IMG/VR virus record: IMGVR_UViG_3300025838_000023
Coordinates: 1 to 64,000 of that record
Source: a virus
Taxonomy: Duplodnaviria > Caudoviricetes
Direction: 5' to 3' (one strand)
Length of the DNA: 64,000 bases
A program made the position numbers and the translations under genes. This document shows positions 62,288-64,000 of the stretch, one piece after another (within the stretch, counting starts at the first letter, position 1; each line of letters opens with the position of its first letter). The notes beneath the pieces were generated by a model that worked only from the letters and a program-made list of their open reading frames with translations, was not told the DNA's origin and did not search any database.

Positions 62288-62956
62288 TCATATGGATTTC
62301 TTCTTAGTATATTTTTTGAAAACTTTCTTAAATGGTTTACTATATACCTTCATCATATCAAGAGAAACCTCATCAAAAAAATCATCAGAAGGTCGATGTG
62401 TTGAAAGATATGCATGAATTTCATCATCATATACTTTTGGCGTATATCCCATAAATTTCAATTGCTTGCCCATATAATACTTCAATTTTTTTGGAAGATT
62501 ATTAACCAAGGCCAACATCTCTTGTTTATACTCGGCATTAGTATAAAACAAAGCATGTGCCAATTCATGTTCAAACACACAACCATATGTAGTATCAGTT
62601 CCTATAATGTATGAACCACTCTCATTTATTTGATCTAATATCTTACAATCAAAAATTTCATCGTATGGAGTTTGATATTTATAATTTAGTTTTTCGTAAC
62701 ATTCCTTCGCAATATCAAAAGGCAAATTAAATCCTGCCCAATCAGAAGCATACGTGAACGCTCCTGATCTTTTTGACTGTGCAGAATACCACTTCATAAA
62801 ATCAAAAAAACAAAATGCCTTATTACGAAATTTTGCACTAGGAGATTCGTAATATTCCTGCGCTCTCAAAAATAATAAATTCCTATCATATGAATTAGGA
62901 ACAATAACCGCATATATTTTATCCGCAATTTTTTGTATTGTCAATTTTATTTGCAT
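62288..62956 (-). CDS. HExxH zincin-like protein
   Basis: FLRAQEYYES, W.GFN.P, HELAH, DE..AY. Confidence 0.6.
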   Translation of the reverse strand: MQIKLTIQKIADKIYAVIVPNSYDRNLLFLRAQEYYESPSAKFRNKAFCFFDFMKWYSAQSKRSGAFTYASDWAGFNLPFDIAKECYEKLNYKYQTPYDEIFDCKILDQINESGSYIIGTDTTYGCVFEHELAHALFYTNAEYKQEMLALVNNLPKKLKYYMGKQLKFMGYTPKVYDDEIHAYLSTHRPSDDFFDEVSLDMMKVYSKPFKKVFKKYTKKKSI

Positions 62957-63003
62957 TTTCAGATTATATCACAAAATTTAATAAGCACAATAAAAATTTA
63001 CAC

Positions 63004-63032
63004 AAAAAAACCGAAGGACATTAATCCTTCGG
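63004..63032 (-). terminator. Intrinsic terminator closing the large ncRNA
   Basis: CCGAAGGA-N6-TCCTTCGG followed by T7 on - strand. Confidence 0.85.
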
Positions 63033-63376
63033 AAGTTTAGAACACGGTTGAGATTAAACCGTTTGTAGTATCACCTTCGGAACATTATAGTATAATTGCG
63101 TCATACTTTCTTTCCTTATCCTCGTAACCCCTACTTAAAGGCAATTACGACTGATACCAAAGCTGCTTTTTTATAGATGTAGCATTTCATCTGAAATGTT
63201 AAGTTATTCTACCTTCCTCTTACACTCAAGCTTGCGACCTGTTCAACTCCGCTAAGAGTTTAGCTGCGATTCCGATAAACAATCTGAAACCTTGCGAGTC
63301 TCACACTGCCCTAATTATGTTACCATTTAGGGATTAAGCCATTTTCGCTTAACATCACCAACGACTTTGCTGTTTG

Positions 63377-63830
63377 TAGTAATAATCGGATTTGAACCGA
63401 TAACATTTAGTTTAATAGAGTTATCATAAGCATAGAAGAATATAACTATTTTCTAGATTTATGCCTTAAAGACTTTTTATTCTATTTTATAGGATTTAAA
63501 AGGAAATCTATAACTCAATTTAGATTTCTTTAATTTGGAATATAACGTTTCTATGAACCAATTTTAGTATTTGATCTACCATTTTCTTCCAATGAGTAGG
63601 AAGAATACTAAAACCAATTCAAAGATATATTTTATATCCATTTTTATTATCATCTTTCAATGATAAAAATTGTTTTATTATAATAGTATTTATTCTACTT
63701 TATATCAAAATCAAGAGATAAATATAAAAATAATTTAAATTGTATAATATTTTTCTTAACTTATCTTAAAAATGTTATATTATGTATTAAGTTTTATTAG
63801 ACTAATGCGCTACCATTGCGCTATATTGCA
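63377..63830 (-). tRNA. Split, probably pseudo tRNA-Asn-like gene (rejoined loop CU-AUU-AA)
   Basis: D arm GCGC-AATGGTA-GCGC, anticodon stem TTAGT/ACTAA, T arm ATCGG-TTCAAAT-CCGAT; two acceptor-stem mismatches. Confidence 0.7.
63416..63797 (-). mobile_element. 382-bp protein-less derivative of the 12086-13541 element (left end plus omegaRNA/right end)
   Basis: Shares TCTAATAAAACTTAATACATAATA left end and ~270 nt of 3' region ending TGATAACTCTA. Confidence 0.88.
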
Positions 63831-64000
63831 ACCTATCCAAGTGGAGCGTTGGTTGTAGCCTCATTCTCTTTTGAAGAACGGATACTACTCCACTTATATC
63901 TTTCTCTTGCGGATACTTGATGTTATTTCTAGATCGAAGCTGAAAATTAAAGTAATCAACTTAAACCTATCATAATGCTACTAAGCCCTTGGTTGCTTAA

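Larger units (their letters stand above)
63040..64000 (-). ncRNA. GOLLD-like large structured RNA (5' end beyond window)
   Basis: ORF-free, GC-elevated, many stems with GCAA/GUAA loops, terminal ACGGUU-UAAUCUC-AACCGU hairpin, embedded tRNA; family call from memory. Confidence 0.65.

Noticed and set aside
63416-63797. Group I or tRNA intron (IStron)
   Set aside because: Position is intron-like but no group I core is recognisable, and the insert is accounted for by IS left end plus tnpB 3' region; splicing is not excluded experimentally
63377-63830. Functional tRNA
   Set aside because: Interrupted, non-standard ATT anticodon, two acceptor-stem mismatches, no CCA

Overview
AT-rich (~28% GC by eye), very gene-dense segment of a large T4-like or jumbo phage genome, standard genetic code. 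Genes run mostly on + up to ~16.55 kb and on - thereafter. Recognisable genes: clamp-loader small subunit, GroES-like, bacterial-type GroEL, dCMP deaminase, DHFR, DEDDh exonuclease, DRB0094-type RNA ligase, UvrD and Dda helicases, NAMPT plus NadM-Nudix (NAD salvage), an HD-CoaD / NADAR / CoaE-like cluster, RmlB, homing endonucleases, six YopX paralogs and a PEP-CTERM surface protein. GroEL and PEP-CTERM point to a Verrucomicrobia-like host (inference). Most notable: (1) a family of IS607/TnpB elements whose ends can be mapped from the sequence. One splits a gene exactly in frame, one sits in a hairpin loop, and one is a protein-less omegaRNA-only copy inside the anticodon loop of a tRNA that is itself embedded in a GOLLD-like giant ncRNA. 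(2) About 15 dispersed genes share T4-type capsid-targeting/prohead-protease N-termini, including paralogous ADP-ribosyltransferase-like and GNAT-like proteins, alongside phage genes that could supply NAD+ and CoA. All calls are by eye and from memory of the families; no searches were run.
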